Shown here: positions 48,081 to 60,930 of the stretch, in pieces
Position numbering within the stretch: the stretch's first letter is position 1
Layout of the letters: every line of letters starts with the position of its first letter
Assembly (NCBI RefSeq): GCF_011386835.1
Contig: NC_088796.1
Coordinates: 22,196,001 to 22,260,000 of the forward strand
Source of the DNA: Chrysemys picta bellii
Taxonomy: Eukaryota
DNA length: 64,000 nucleotides
Direction of reading: 5' to 3'
Translations under genes and position numbers: made by a program
The notes under the pieces: generated by a model
What the model saw: the letters and a program-made list of their open reading frames with translations, nothing else
Databases searched by the model: none
What the model was told of the DNA's origin: nothing

Positions 48081-51000
48081 TTCAGCAAGAGGTGGGACTG
48101 GACGCGGGAGAGAAGTTCCCTGGAGCCTGTGCCCTGTCCGCAGGCTAGTGCGGAGGCAAGCCGCTCTGTAGTTGAGTGGCTGTCGGGGAGGGTGGGGTGT
48201 ATTTATGGGGGGTCTAGATGGGGGGGGGGGAAGAAAGTCAGTTTCCTAGCGTAGGGATCTCCCAGTGCTGCTGGAGACGCCGTTCTTACGCTCCTGTGTT
48301 ACACGCGGGGAAATCGCCCTTGTCGTTGTCCGTTTTTAATGACTCGCGATCCAGACTTAGCCCTGTTCTCTGTTCTGCCCAGCGATCCTACCGCCGGAGG
48401 AAGAGAACGAAACACGTGGGGAAGAGGGGGAGGGCGGGGGCGAGAGCGACTTTGATGAAAAAAAAAACCCGAACGGTCCAAGAAACCGAAAGACTCGGAC
48501 AGAAAAACCCAACAATCTAAAGCTGCCCTAGGCGGTAGGAACGATGGGAGGCTGAGTGTCGGCACATGGCTGCCTTCCAGATCCAGCCTTATCTTACATT
48601 TCTCTCTCACAAGGACAACATAGCCACAGGATCTCCGCTACAAGCGTTGTTTACCCTTGTGCAGAGTTACCCCTTCCACACCATTCACACAAGGGAGATC
48701 AACTGATAAAATAATGCATCAGCTGGGGCCCTCTGCACCATGTCATCCTGTTTTTATAGTTAAAAACCCTTTGGGAGCAAATACCACAGAGGAACAACCC
48801 CCCCCAAATGAACCTATCTTTGCAAATTGGGAGGAGAGCTGAGAAACATTAAATGGGCTTTGATAGTAGGGGTCCTGACTACAACAATGAAAAGCTTGTG
48901 GGCAAAAGCTAGTGCTTACAGCTACAGTCCTTTCACCTGTAGTGCTAGAAACAATTTACAGAAGTAGCATTATAACCCCATTTTACAGCTGGAGAAACTG
49001 AGGAACAGAGTTTAAAGACCAGATTGTGACCCCTTTACTCCCACCACTAACCCTGCTGACCTCACTACGATGAATAAGGCCATCCTGTGAATAAATTGTC
49101 CAATACCACTAAGGCAAACTGGAACAACTTAATTTTAGGGCCTTTCAGAAGTTTCCCCTGAACTGCCAACCAGACTCTGCTTTGCTATAATAACCTCAGG
49201 AGTAAACAGTTTTGTTCTATTATGTACACTAGCAAAACTGCTTTTCGCAATGTGTGCTTTTATGTTTTGGGAGTACTTGATGGTCCCATCTCACAATTAT
49301 AATAACCTGCTTCTGTATCTCACTAAAGCATATATGGTCCTTATTGGGAGTTTTAAGTGTTTCTTCCATTCTAGTTCCTTATGTACAAAATAAGGAGTAG
49401 GCAGAGACAGAGCCCAGTCCTACCGCACTGAAGTCAATGAGTATTAGGGGTGTTCCTGGCAGGGGTAAGCCCTAAACTTCTCATTCAGCCTCACTTACAT
49501 TCTGAGATAACAGGGAACAAAAGACAGGAACTGGTGCTTGGATCTCAGGGCTTTGTAAGCACCTGTCTCCATATAATGTTCCTTCCCTTCCCCTCCCCAA
49601 GGTGGATAGTATCCAATAACAGAGTTTGAAAGGAAGAGAAGCTCGCACTACTACACCCCATACTCTGTCTACCTGTGGAGTAACAAAAGAACTATTTTCT
49701 AGTGATGCTAATCCAGCATTTTTCACAAGAAGTAAAATTCTCCGCCTAAATTTTGATTTTTTTTTTAATTTAAAGAGATGGACACAAATGGGAGGACTTT
49801 GCCACATCCCCTCTAATCATAACACCACACTTCAGATAAGTTCCAAATTTCACACCTTGGGAAAGTCTCAGATTTATTTATTTTTTTCTATAAAGATAGG
49901 CTAAGTGGGATGTATAGATTTTTGTAAATCATTACTGTAACTTTTGTAATATGTAGGCACTGTAATTCAGTACCTATGCTACGGTTATTGTTTTAAGAAT
50001 TTTTGTGGTATCAACAATATTGTTTATCTTTAGTAAAAACTAGCAACAAAGGCCCCGTTCTGGCAAAGGCCCCGTTGCTTCATTTGACATGTGAGTAGTC
50101 CCATTGGCTTTAAGGAAACTTACTTACATATGAAGTTAAGCATGTATATTACATCTTTGCAAGATCAGGGCCTAAAAAATACAGTATGAGCAAGATTTTA
50201 GTTATCACCATGATATATAAAACTAAACAAGTTTAAGTAAGTTTAGATAATATCCAAACACAGGCCTTTTTGTTTTTCCAATTAGTAATTTTATTACCAG
50301 CTAACACATAAAAGATGTTGTTTGATCTCTTTGCTTTGTCTCATTTTTAAATGGACATGCAGCCAAGCCCATTAGGAGCACAAGGGTTACATTTTTAAAA
50401 GTGTTAAGTGTGCCATTGGTTAAGAAAACACTGAAGTGCTCCGATTGCCCCAGGCAGGAATAATCTAGAGGTTTTTGTTTGTTTTTTTTAATACAATAAA
50501 TAGGCATAAAGTGCTTTTTGGTGTGAGGGATGCTTGTCCTTGCATCGAGGCAAACTTTGTTTTGTTTCGACTTGCACAACTCAAGTATGTATAAAGTTGA
50601 TAAAGCTGCGTATGAACTTTTGGAGCAGTCTCAAAAGGAGATGAGGAATTCAGCATAATCGTGGTGCATATTAACAATTTTCTTGATGTTGTTTATGCAG
50701 GAATACAAACATTGTTGCCCTATGTGTTTTTACAAATGATAATATCGATTAAATATCATACAAATTCATGTTTTTTCTTGGATTTCGCAAGTAGTTTGAG
50801 TATTTCATAAACAAGGTTAATCAACCGCACATTAATAAAGCATCTTTCATATGCCCACATCTGGAGCAGGAGGGCACAACTGTCTAGGACATTGCACCAC
50901 AGCAGGGTGCAGTGTAATGTGCAAGGACACCATGGCAAGCCCTGACTCATCCGAAATACATCTCTGAAGAGATCATGACGCCTTGAGTTAATGTACTATT

Positions 51001-51764
51001 ATGCTAGTGCCTAAAAGCTCCATTGTAAAAGCTCCATTGTGCTGGGTACTGCCCCTAAACATTTGAAATCATAAAGGGTGATTATGATCTATAAAGATGA
51101 CTTTAAAGTATTCCTTCCTCTGCACAAAAAGGGTGCCTCCCGCCCCCACACATACCTTAGAAATAGCAAAACTTCCAACAAGACTTCTAGCAAGTCTGGT
51201 CTTTCTTGGTTTTGCTAGGAGTCTTGCTGGAAGTTTCAGAGATGTGCATTGTGCACTTTCTTAGCCCTTTATTGAGAGAGTGAGTGTGCTGATATTTAAC
51301 AGAGACATCTTGTCAATCGTCTCCCATGTGTGTGAATTAAAAAGATGTTAAATAAAGAACAAATTTTAAACAGTCTGAATAAAAATCACCACCGCTCTCA
51401 TCTGGGTTTCATTTGCACCATGTATCTTTGCGGTCATACTCCTCTGTACTCCAGTTATCATTAAATCCTTCTAGTGAAATCAGGGCAGAACAGACCTGAT
51501 GTTTAAACAAACAGGAAAAAGTTTTTTGAAGACATTTCTCAGGTCTTCCTTCTATATCAAAGAATCCATTAAAGGTGCGCAAGCCATTTTTTGCTTTTTG
51601 CATATTACTTTTCTTATAAGAAAGGCCTCTAAACTTCATGGTGTTGAACTAACCTAACTTGTTCAGATTTGAACATATGGTTCCAAGGAGTATTCCAAGG
51701 CCTGAAGTTTATACATCTAAGTTATCCCTCTGTTGGGTAACTTGGAAATTACCATGCTATTTCA

Positions 51765-52028
51765 GGGCAGGTCTACACTACCCACCTGAATCGGCGGGTA
51801 GAAATCGATCTCTCGGGGATCGAATTATCGCGTCTCGTCGGGACGCGACAATCAATCCCCGAATCGACGTTTCTACTCCACCAGCGGAGGTAGGAGTAAG
51901 CGCCGTCGATGGGGGAGCCGCGGAGGTCGATTTGCCGCCGTCCTCACAGCGGGGTAAGTCAGCTCCGATACATCGAATTTGAATTTGCGTATCTTAAATC
52001 AACCCGCCCCCATAGTGAGGACGTAGCC
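51765..52028. mobile_element. CpG-rich Harbinger MITE, sister subfamily of 33968/54014
   Basis: TCA|GGGCAGGTCTACACTA ... TAGTGAGGACGTAGCC|TTA. Internal sequence is colinear with the other two copies. Confidence 0.85.
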
Positions 52029-54013
52029 TTAGACTAATAGCCTAGTACAGCATCCCATCTCTGAAAGCAGCCAGGACCAGATGCTAGAGAAGAAGGTGCA
52101 AGAAATCCTTCGTCTCTAGTGAATAATTATGCAATAACTAGTCTACGGAGGGGGGGCAAGCAGTTCTTCCTAATCAGTTAGTGGCTGACAGAGAAGGGAA
52201 TAATAAGCAGAGGACTAGTGGAATGGGGAAGAGAAAGGCAGAGCAAAGAAGACTGGAGAGAAGAACAACTGGCAGAGATGGCGACATGGGATTTTAAAAA
52301 AAAGGAGAACGGTTGGGAGGATAAGCAGAAGAGCAGCAAGAGGAAGGATAGAGATGAAAAACAGAAGGGAGGAGTGGGGGGGGGGAGAGAGAAGCAATGG
52401 GGGAAATAGGAGAAAAGAAACTGAGGAACGAAAAGCAAAGGGGTGAGTGAGACTGACATGGGTGGCCACATTCAGCCCTGGTGGAAGCAGATGTGAATTC
52501 ATTGCATTCAGAGAGGGCAGGAAAAGGAAGTGAGACAGAAGGAAGTGGGGAACAATTGGGAGGGGATGACAGAGCAGAAGTGAGGTGGGGAAAGAAGCTA
52601 AAAAGTTGGTGGTGCAAAGAGAATGATATAGAGGGGTGGTGGTGAGGGATCAGAGCTACAAAAAGGGAACAGGAAGCAGAGAGGGGAGTACTTCTGGCAG
52701 GGAACAGTAGTTACCCTACCCATCTATTTACTTCATCTATCTCATTTCTCACACACCAAGACAGCAAGCTCTTTGGGGAAAGAACTTTTTCTTTTACTTG
52801 CCTTGTACAGTGGGATGCAATCCCTGTCTAGGGGCCCTCTAGTTGCTATTGTACAAATTGATATTTAATAAAAACAAGTAGGCAGGGAAGCAGAGTGGGG
52901 AAGGCACTCTTGTCATTATCATTATTATGGAGTTTAATCCAACTTGGGGACAAGGAACATTAAACTTTTATCAGACATTTTCATTAGAAATCCTTTAATA
53001 CTGGTTGAAGGTATATTCAATTAGATTTGTGTAGCTTTATCCCATCTGATGGAGAGGTAACTTCGGGAAAAGATACTTCAGAAACATCTATACAATGGAC
53101 AACATCATGCTTTGCCTCTAAAGTCCGTCACAGCTACTGAAAGGAAATACATAAGACTGCTTTCTCCCTTTCACAAATACTTACAGAGCTCATCTTAGAT
53201 TACTAACAAAAACAAATGGCTTTTGAAAATGTCCACTAAAACAATAGCACTGCTGACCAAGCAGAAAATAAGTAAACAGTAGCTCTAATCCACCAAAAAC
53301 ATACACAACAACATATATGGCACATGAGAGGACACTAAACAGAGCAGACATTTTCTCTCAGGTTAGTTTTGGGTTTCATTTTGTTATAAGAGATTAGAGC
53401 TGAAGAATGTGAAATCTTTCACGGTATACTGGCTATCAGTCACCAATGGCCTCTGAGGTGTGCATGTGCTTCTTGTCAGTCCTGGCCTCTTTGACAAGGC
53501 TTTGGTCATCATTCTAAATTTAGAAACAGTAAAACAAAACCGTCCCCTTTGATTTAATCCTTACAATTATTAGAACAAGATCTCTGTGAGGAGCTGTGAA
53601 GTTTTCAAACCATTCCGTCCAGTTGTATCATTGCTAGAGTAACCATCACTTTGGCATGTAGTTTTATATGCAAAAGAAAATGCAACCCTGGAGATTCTTG
53701 CTCACATGCCTGGGACAGAAATGACTGATACAGTTTTAATCAGGAAGGAGTTTTTCTGCCACCCATATACTGGCATGGATCTCAGGAGCCTTACTCCGTG
53801 TGGTTCCATGAGTAGAGCATAAGGCCTGGAATCTAGAAGAGAGCTTACTGAATAGTCAGCATCAAACCAGGAATTTGGCAGCTGGGGCTTTTTTCGGTTT
53901 GCAAATAATTCACAAACCAATTTTGATTTCTGTGCATGAACTCAGTGTTCACAGAGCAATACACCATTAATCAATGTGTTTGAAAACTGCAAGGAAGATG
54001 TACTTGTGACTAA

Positions 54014-54310
54014 GGCTAGGTCTACACTATGGGGGGCGGGGTCGACCTAAGATACGCAACTTCAGCTACGTGAATAGTGTAGCTGAAGTTGCGTATTTTA
54101 GGTCAACTTACCAGGCTGTGAGGACGGCGGCGAGTCGACCGCTGCTGCTCTGCCGTCGACTCCGCTTCCGCCTCTTGCCACGGTGGATTTCCGGAGTCGA
54201 CGGCAGAGCGATCAGGGATCGATTTTATCACGTCTTCACTAGACGCGATAAATCAATCCCCAATAGATCGATTGCTACCCGCCGATCCGGCGGGTAGTGA
54301 AGACGTGCCC
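54014..54310. mobile_element. Young CpG-rich Harbinger MITE in a SINE head
   Basis: TAA|GGCTAGGTCTACACTA ... TAGTGAAGACGTGCCC|AAA. SINE core follows at 54311-54390. Confidence 0.9.
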
Positions 54311-55672
54311 AAAGGCATAGGAGGCCTGGATTCAGTTCCCCATTCTGTCAGACTTCCAGTGTGACCTTGGGCAACTCACTTAATCTCTGTAACATCTGTA
54401 CCTTTGGTCCACCTTGTCTATTTAAACTATGCTTTCCAGGGCCAGCGGTATTTCTATTTGCATTGCATAATAGAGCCCTGTTCTCAGTTGTGGCCTCTAG
54501 GTGCTTATGGTAATACTATTAACAGTCCCTTCAAATATTCATTATTTGCAGTGTGTGGTCCTGTGGTGTATTTTCTGCTCCTTGATTGGACGACAACCCT
54601 TGTAACAGGAGAGCAACACATCGATTAGGGGGAATGGATACAGATATGTGTTATGTCCGTTGTAAATAAGGCTCATGCCTAGTTTATTCTACTGAAGAAT
54701 TTCTGAGCTAGAAATAGCAATGGCAAGTTAAATGGACTATTGGGAATATGGAAAAATCTTAGAGATAAGTGATATGAGAATTAGGCTCAAATGTTCACTC
54801 AGTACAAGACAGGCACTTTAACACTGAAGCACACAACATCTGTGTCCACTTTTCAAAACTTTGGCTTGAATGGTTTCATGAGTCACCTATCTTCTGTGCA
54901 CGCTATATCAGTGTCTGCTATCCCTCAGTATCACTCTACTTTGGAGGTTTCCCTTCAATCGCATTTTAACTTTAAAAACATGCTATCCACTTGTTTTTAC
55001 ATTACACGATGGGAGGCAAATATGTGACCTAATCCAAGTTTTTATTGTGAACACTCTAAAGGAGGGCACACCTCAAGACAGACCCAGGGAGTTCGTTATT
55101 CATGACTGCAGTGGTGTCATTTGGGAGGCTAAATATATTTTCAATATATTCATCCTTAAAGAATGCTTTTGATACAAACCTGCCAACCCAGGCAAAATAT
55201 TTTACACATATCCATTGATTTTCATTTGTGCATCTCCCAGCACATCACAGTCATTAGGCTTAAAAATTTTCTAAAGTGACTAATGATTCTGGGCCCCCAA
55301 TTTGAGACACCTTAAAAGGGCCTGGTTTTCAGAGGGTAGGTCTTCAGAAAATCTGGGCCCCTTGAAGGTGTCAAGTTACCCACCCAGAAATTAGGCACCC
55401 AGGACCTAAATACTTTTAAAAATCTGGCCCTTAGTTACTTTGGAAAATGTGGGCCTAATAAATGAACAAGACCCTGAAGCTCGGCGGGGGTTGAGGAGCA
55501 GCAGCTCACAGGTATTTCAGTGTTCGAATGCAAGATGACAACACGGTCATGTTCAATGTACAAATTTTAATTTCTTACTTGTCCCTGTTTTACCGGGAAA
55601 AAGGAGATTAACACACTATTGTGCTGATTTCATGTGTTCTTCTGGAGTTGCATAATCAAAAACTTGCATCGC

Positions 55673-56305
55673 TAGGGTTGCCAGGCATCCGGTTTTTGAC
55701 TGGAACGCCCGGTTGAAAAGGAGCCCTGGTGGCTCCGAGTGGCACTGCTGACCAGGCCATTAAAAGTCCAATCAGCGGTGCAGCAGGGGCCCAGGGCTAA
55801 GGCAAGCTCCCTGCCTGCCCTAGCTCTGCGCAGCTTCCAGAAGCAGCCACCAGGTCCCTACAGCCCCTAGATGCATGGGCAGCCAGGGAGGCTCCGCGCG
55901 CTGTCCCCACGCCCAGGGCCAGCTCCGCAGCTCCCATTGGTCGAGAACTGTCACCAATGGGAACTGTGGGGGCAATGCCTACAGGTGCAAGGGCAGTGTG
56001 TAGAGCCTCCCTGGCTGCCCATGTGTCTAGGGGCTGCAGGGACCTGGTGGTCGCTTCCTGGGAGCCATAGTAAGCGCCACCAGCCCCTGCACCCCGAACC
56101 CCTGCCCCAGCACCCTCCTGCACCCAAACTCCCTCCTGGGGCCCACACCCTCCCCCCTCCTCCCCCAACACCCTGCCCCAGCCCAGTGAAAGTAGGTGAG
56201 GGTGGGGGAGAGCGAGCAACAGAGGGAGCGGGGATGGAGCGAGTGGGGGCGGGGCCTCGGGGAAAGGGTGTTCGGTTTTGTGCCATTAGAAAGTTGGTAA
56301 CCATA
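55673..56305. mobile_element. hAT (Blackjack-like) non-autonomous element, GC-rich
   Basis: TAGGGTTGCCAGG ... TGGTAACCATA. Both ends are homologous to 11360-11678. No TSD recognised. Confidence 0.75.
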
Positions 56306-59300
56306 ATCACTACATAACTCCACTGTGAAAGGCAGCACTAAGCCACACCTATGTAACCAGCAGCAATATTATGGCCAGATTGTCGCTTCGAACCACTCTC
56401 TGTTTTGGGTGGGGGCTGCTGAGAAGGGTTGAGAGCCCAAGGAGGAATTCTAGCTGTGCACTGCAGTTTGAGGGGACCACACTCTCCACTGCATGTGAAT
56501 GGAGAAAGGCCTAGATCCACAGAGGGACTTGCACGTTCCAACACTGAGCATCACAATGCCTAACTTCTAGGCACCTAGAAAAATCACTGGAACAAGGGGA
56601 TCCACAAACCCTGAGTCAGGCACCTAGGCTACCTGTATAATGCATGGGGAGAGACAGATGCCTAACAATGGGGTTGACGCAAGAGCCAGCATGCTAGGCA
56701 GGGTTTGGGGTTTAGGATACTAATTCTCTCTGTGGAGCGGGGCCAGAGTCATCCCAATCATCAGGCCTGGCTGCACCTGCGCCATAAGAAGTCTCTACAT
56801 CTATTGACAGAAAGTTATTTTCCGTCTGCACGTAAAAATGGACAAAGATTTAACCCAAATGTAACAAGCCTAACCCTAGAGACTGAAAATAAACACAGGG
56901 CATTTAAACTGAAAATTAGATTTGTTCAAAAAGTTCTAAGCATCTAAAAACATGAGGTTATAATAGCAGTCTGACCTAAACCCTAAATATGCAATATATT
57001 CACTAGCAAGGGAATAATAGTAATGTTTATCCCTCTTCATCTCCAAACAGTTTAATTACTCCAGACTGCATGCTGCCTTTCCAGCTTAATACATAAACTA
57101 TCCCCACCCCCATTTGTATTCTGAATGAGACAGCTGTTCCTGGAGTTTATCCATTCTAATCTTCAGTGAAACACATGCAACTCGTCAGAGAGATGGGCCA
57201 AATTCTCCCCAATGACTCTAATTTAATGGCGTATGGTACCAGGACAACAGCAGGCTATGGCCCTAATTCTACAACATGTGACAGCTCAATTACTCCTTAT
57301 TTATTTACTCTTCACTCTTTGCAAAAACACCCCCAGCACTCAATCAAATGTCAAAGAAAGGGGTCAGAAGGCAAGTGACTTAAACTACCTCATTTAAACA
57401 GTCCCTTCCCATGAAAGCCAGGACATTTTTGTCAAAAGATAAAAGGCTATTTTTCCTGTAAGGAGTGACCACCTCAAATAAAAATCAGTTACAAATCATC
57501 TGAAAATTAGTTACTATCAAGTTATGATCATGGTCATTCTGGAAAGCTGAATCTTCTCTGTCACACTGTAGATTCAGTAGCAAAAGTAGTTTGTGTACTT
57601 AAACTTTTAAAAGCACAAGTTATTTACTGTATCCAATGATCTCTACTTTAGGAGGAACATTGTTTTCTTTCTAGCCAGAATTCCCTGAAATGCACAATTG
57701 AGGTTCAGAAAACTTAAAACAGTGGTTTGGGGGATTTGGAGAAATGGAAAACTGATGACAGGTTTAAAAAAAAGGGGGGGGGGATTAACCTGGAAAATGT
57801 TGATCTGAAACAATCAATGGTGCATAAAACAACTTCAAAGTTTGAGATTAGGCAGGAAGCAAACTGTGCACGTTGGGAAAAGATTTTTCTCATATCAATA
57901 TGTGAAGAAAAAAAAACATTAGACAATTTATCAAAGTACAAGTTAAGATAAATAGAAAAACTAAATCTTACCTTTGAGAAGGACCTTTCCCCTCATAGAT
58001 GTCAATTTCCATCTGCCCTGAGTTCATGCTAAAGTGCCATAATCTCCAGTTTGTGATATCCCTATCTGTCGCTGTGGCCTCACAATCAGCCAGTCTTACA
58101 GTAAGAGATTATTGGTGCTGTGTGTGAATAAAACAAAGATTGGGGGGGGGGGATTAGATTTACTTGTTTGCATGAAGACTAGTCAGACACTATGCATATT
58201 GACGCTGGGCTTGATCCCCATCACCTCCAACCCTTCCTAAAATAGTCACCATTGAATGTATGGTCTTTGTATGTACTAGTCTGATGTTACCTTTTAGCGG
58301 CTGCCCCACAGGTGCCATATACGTCCTATCATTAATACAGCTAAAGGATTTCTCCTTGAGTTCAAGTGGTTGAGGGCTGTGGATCTGAAACTGAAGGACT
58401 GTGTTTCTGTTCCTCATTCCCACGATGTGTGCAATTCATATTATAATTGTTTCTTTTGCCAGCTGAAGTGATTTGTTAAAGACTGGCACCTGAGCTCCCG
58501 TGACTTTCATAGGTTTGGGACAAACTTTTGTAGGTCAGAAGGGACCATTAGATTATCTAGTCTGACCTCCTGTTTGTCCATTGTGGGTAATGTAACATAC
58601 TGCCTTGATGGTAGGAGTCTGGGATGTTACCCTCTAGCATCAAGCTCACAAAGAGGATAATAAAGGGACCAATTACTATCATCCCTTAGAGTGTTGGCTC
58701 TGTGATAGAATTTATATGCATACTTGGGTTTTACAAGGTTTCGTTACATCCAAGACAGATTTGTTGCAAAGTTTACACGGTATTATGCCAGGCTAAGCCT
58801 AGGTGCCTATCTGCCAAGGAATGAGGCTATCGCAGTAGCTAGCGTCTCCACCGCGCCTTTGCTGGGCAGGGGGAGCAAAAAAGGGGCATCAGTGAACTGG
58901 TATTGTCAGGGTGGCCAGGGCAGACGGAGCAGCTGCTGATTGAACACCTTCTCTCAGTGGCTCCTGCCAATGAAAGAGTCTGTGGAGATCCAATGGGAAT
59001 TAAAGCCCTGCCATGCTCAGAAATTCAAACAGTCTCACCAGCCGGCCTCACTTGGGCCATTTCACACACAGCCCATCCACTGCAGAGATGTGATTTTAAG
59101 CTCCTTGTAGCCTATGTCAGCTTTACTGATTCTGGCCTACCAAGCATACCAGACAATGGGCAACACTGAGATCCCACCCAAGGCTGAATACCAGTTACAG
59201 ACCCCGTGACTCTTCCCTGCCTGCCCACGTTTCCTCAGGCATTTCAGATGGAGCTAGTTGCAGGGAGAGAGAGAAAACAGGGTTTGTGGGGTCGGGGGAG

Positions 59301-59584
59301 GGGGATTCATTGCTGATTGGAATTGGACTGTAGCACCTGGCAGTGTATTAAGGCTGTAGCCATTGTTATTTTAATTGGTATGAATGTGAAGTTATTGTGA
59401 TAGAGCTCCGAGGTCTGGTTAGAGCTTATTGATTTATCAAAGCTAGCCAACTCTACAAATAACGATCTGTTTGTGGACAACACAGTAGCAGAAATAAAGC
59501 AATCCTCTCACTTCGTGAATTGGGTCCAATTCTCTACTACCCCTTACCTCTAACCCTCACTTACCTCACAGCAGGCAAGCACGA

Positions 59585-59880
59585 GGCCATGTCTACACTA
59601 ACAAGCTCAAAGTGGTGGCACCGTTGTACTGATGCAGCTGCGCCGCTGTAAGATTGCTCGTGTAGCCGCTCTCTGCGGATGGGAGAGAGCTTCCCATCAA
59701 CGTAATAAAACCACCTCAACGAGCGGCAATAGCTGTCAGTGGGAGAAGCTCTCCTGCTGACGTAGCACTGTGCACACTACTACTTATGCTGGCAAAATTT
59801 ACGTCACTCAGGGATGTGTTTTTTTCCACACCCCTGAATGACATAAGTTTTGCCGACAGAAGTGGTATGTAGACATGGTA
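59585..59880. mobile_element. Harbinger-type MITE
   Basis: GGCCATGTCTACACTA ... GTAGACATGG inverted ends. Confidence 0.7.
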
Positions 59881-59994
59881 CTACTCCTGTGATTTAGTAA
59901 CATTTTACAGCTACTTTGCACTAGTCTAAATGCCAGCATGAGATGCAGGGCAGTGGAGACTCAAGCCCAATGTTGCAGCAAGGAGGGTCTAGAA

Positions 59995-60732
59995 CAGTGG
60001 TTCCCAAACTTTAACAACCTGTGAACCCCTTTCACTAAAATATCAAGTCTCGCGAACCCCTTCCTAAAAATGAATAGTTCTAGGGATTTTCTCCTTTACC
60101 TGAGTATAAATTATGCAAGCAGTGATCTTGGAAATATAAAATTTGTTTTAATGACATGCTTATTCCACACTATTCTTAATTATTATTTATCATTACAGTA
60201 TTTTTATTACATTATGAAAATGGCAAAACTCTTCCAAGATCTCACTTTCGTAGCTTGTATCACTTTGAATAAGCCTGTTATAAGACAAGGCTCCTATGTT
60301 TCATCAAGGAGTATCAGATGTGAAACTGCATGAAGGTATTTAAGAAGCCAACTTAAAGAGTTCCTCCTACACAAGCATTCAGGTCTTGAGCAGTCCAGGC
60401 AAACAACACACGTTACAACAAACCTTAAACTTGTTCTTCATAATAATTTTAAAAACAATACTAGCTGCCTATTTAATTTTAAAAACAGCAAAAAATATCC
60501 ACCTCCCTTTCCATTTCTTACAAGGAGTCTTGAAGTTTAAATCTCCTCAGTGTGATAGATAGGCTTGCTTTGATCTGCTTAGCTCTTGGAAGTTCAGGGG
60601 CTCCAGGCTGCTGGCCTCGTGCTTCCCAGGGTCCCTAGGGGCAGCTCTGTCCGCCATTAGAGATTTCCCCCTCCCCCCACAAGAACCCCTGTAACATTTC
60701 ACAAACCTCCCAAACCCATTTGGGAACCACTG
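59995..60732. mobile_element. hAT (Charlie-like) non-autonomous element in a SINE head
   Basis: CAGTGGTTCCCAAAC ... TTTGGGAACCACTG. Left flank GTCTAGAA; right TSD not preserved. Confidence 0.82.
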
Positions 60733-60930
60733 GCTAGGGCACTAGCCTGGGATTTGAGAAATCTAGATTCAATGTCCCGCTCCTTCACAAACTGTGGGTC
60801 ACTGGCAAGTCACTTCATCTCTGTGCCGCAACTCCCCAATTATAAAGTGGGAATAATAGCACTTCCCTACATACATAGATACATTAAAGACTTTAAGATG
60901 GTCAGGTACTATGGTAACGGGGACTATAGC
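60733..60930 (+). mobile_element. CORE-type SINE body
   Basis: GCTAGGGCACTAGCCTGGGA...GGGCAAGTCAC-like core...CTCCCCAATTATAAAGTGGGAATAATAGCACTTCC. Confidence 0.7.

Larger units (their letters stand above)
47130..48570 (-). promoter_or_regulatory. CCBE1: CpG island / CCBE1 promoter and 5' UTR
   Basis: High GC and CpG density against a CpG-depleted background. GC box GGGCGG near 48432-48440 and CACGTG E-box at ~48413-48418. TSS cannot be fixed from sequence. Confidence 0.85.

Noticed and set aside
47279-48088. 269-aa ORF as a single-exon gene
   Set aside because: It is the CCBE1 exon 1 frame read through intron 1 and extended upstream from a TTG. The spliced model with an ATG at 47530 fits the known protein.
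46927-48254. Plus-strand GC-rich ORFs (242, 142, 172, 92 aa) antisense to CCBE1
   Set aside because: Stop-poor frames are expected in a CpG island and tandem repeat. No recognisable domain.
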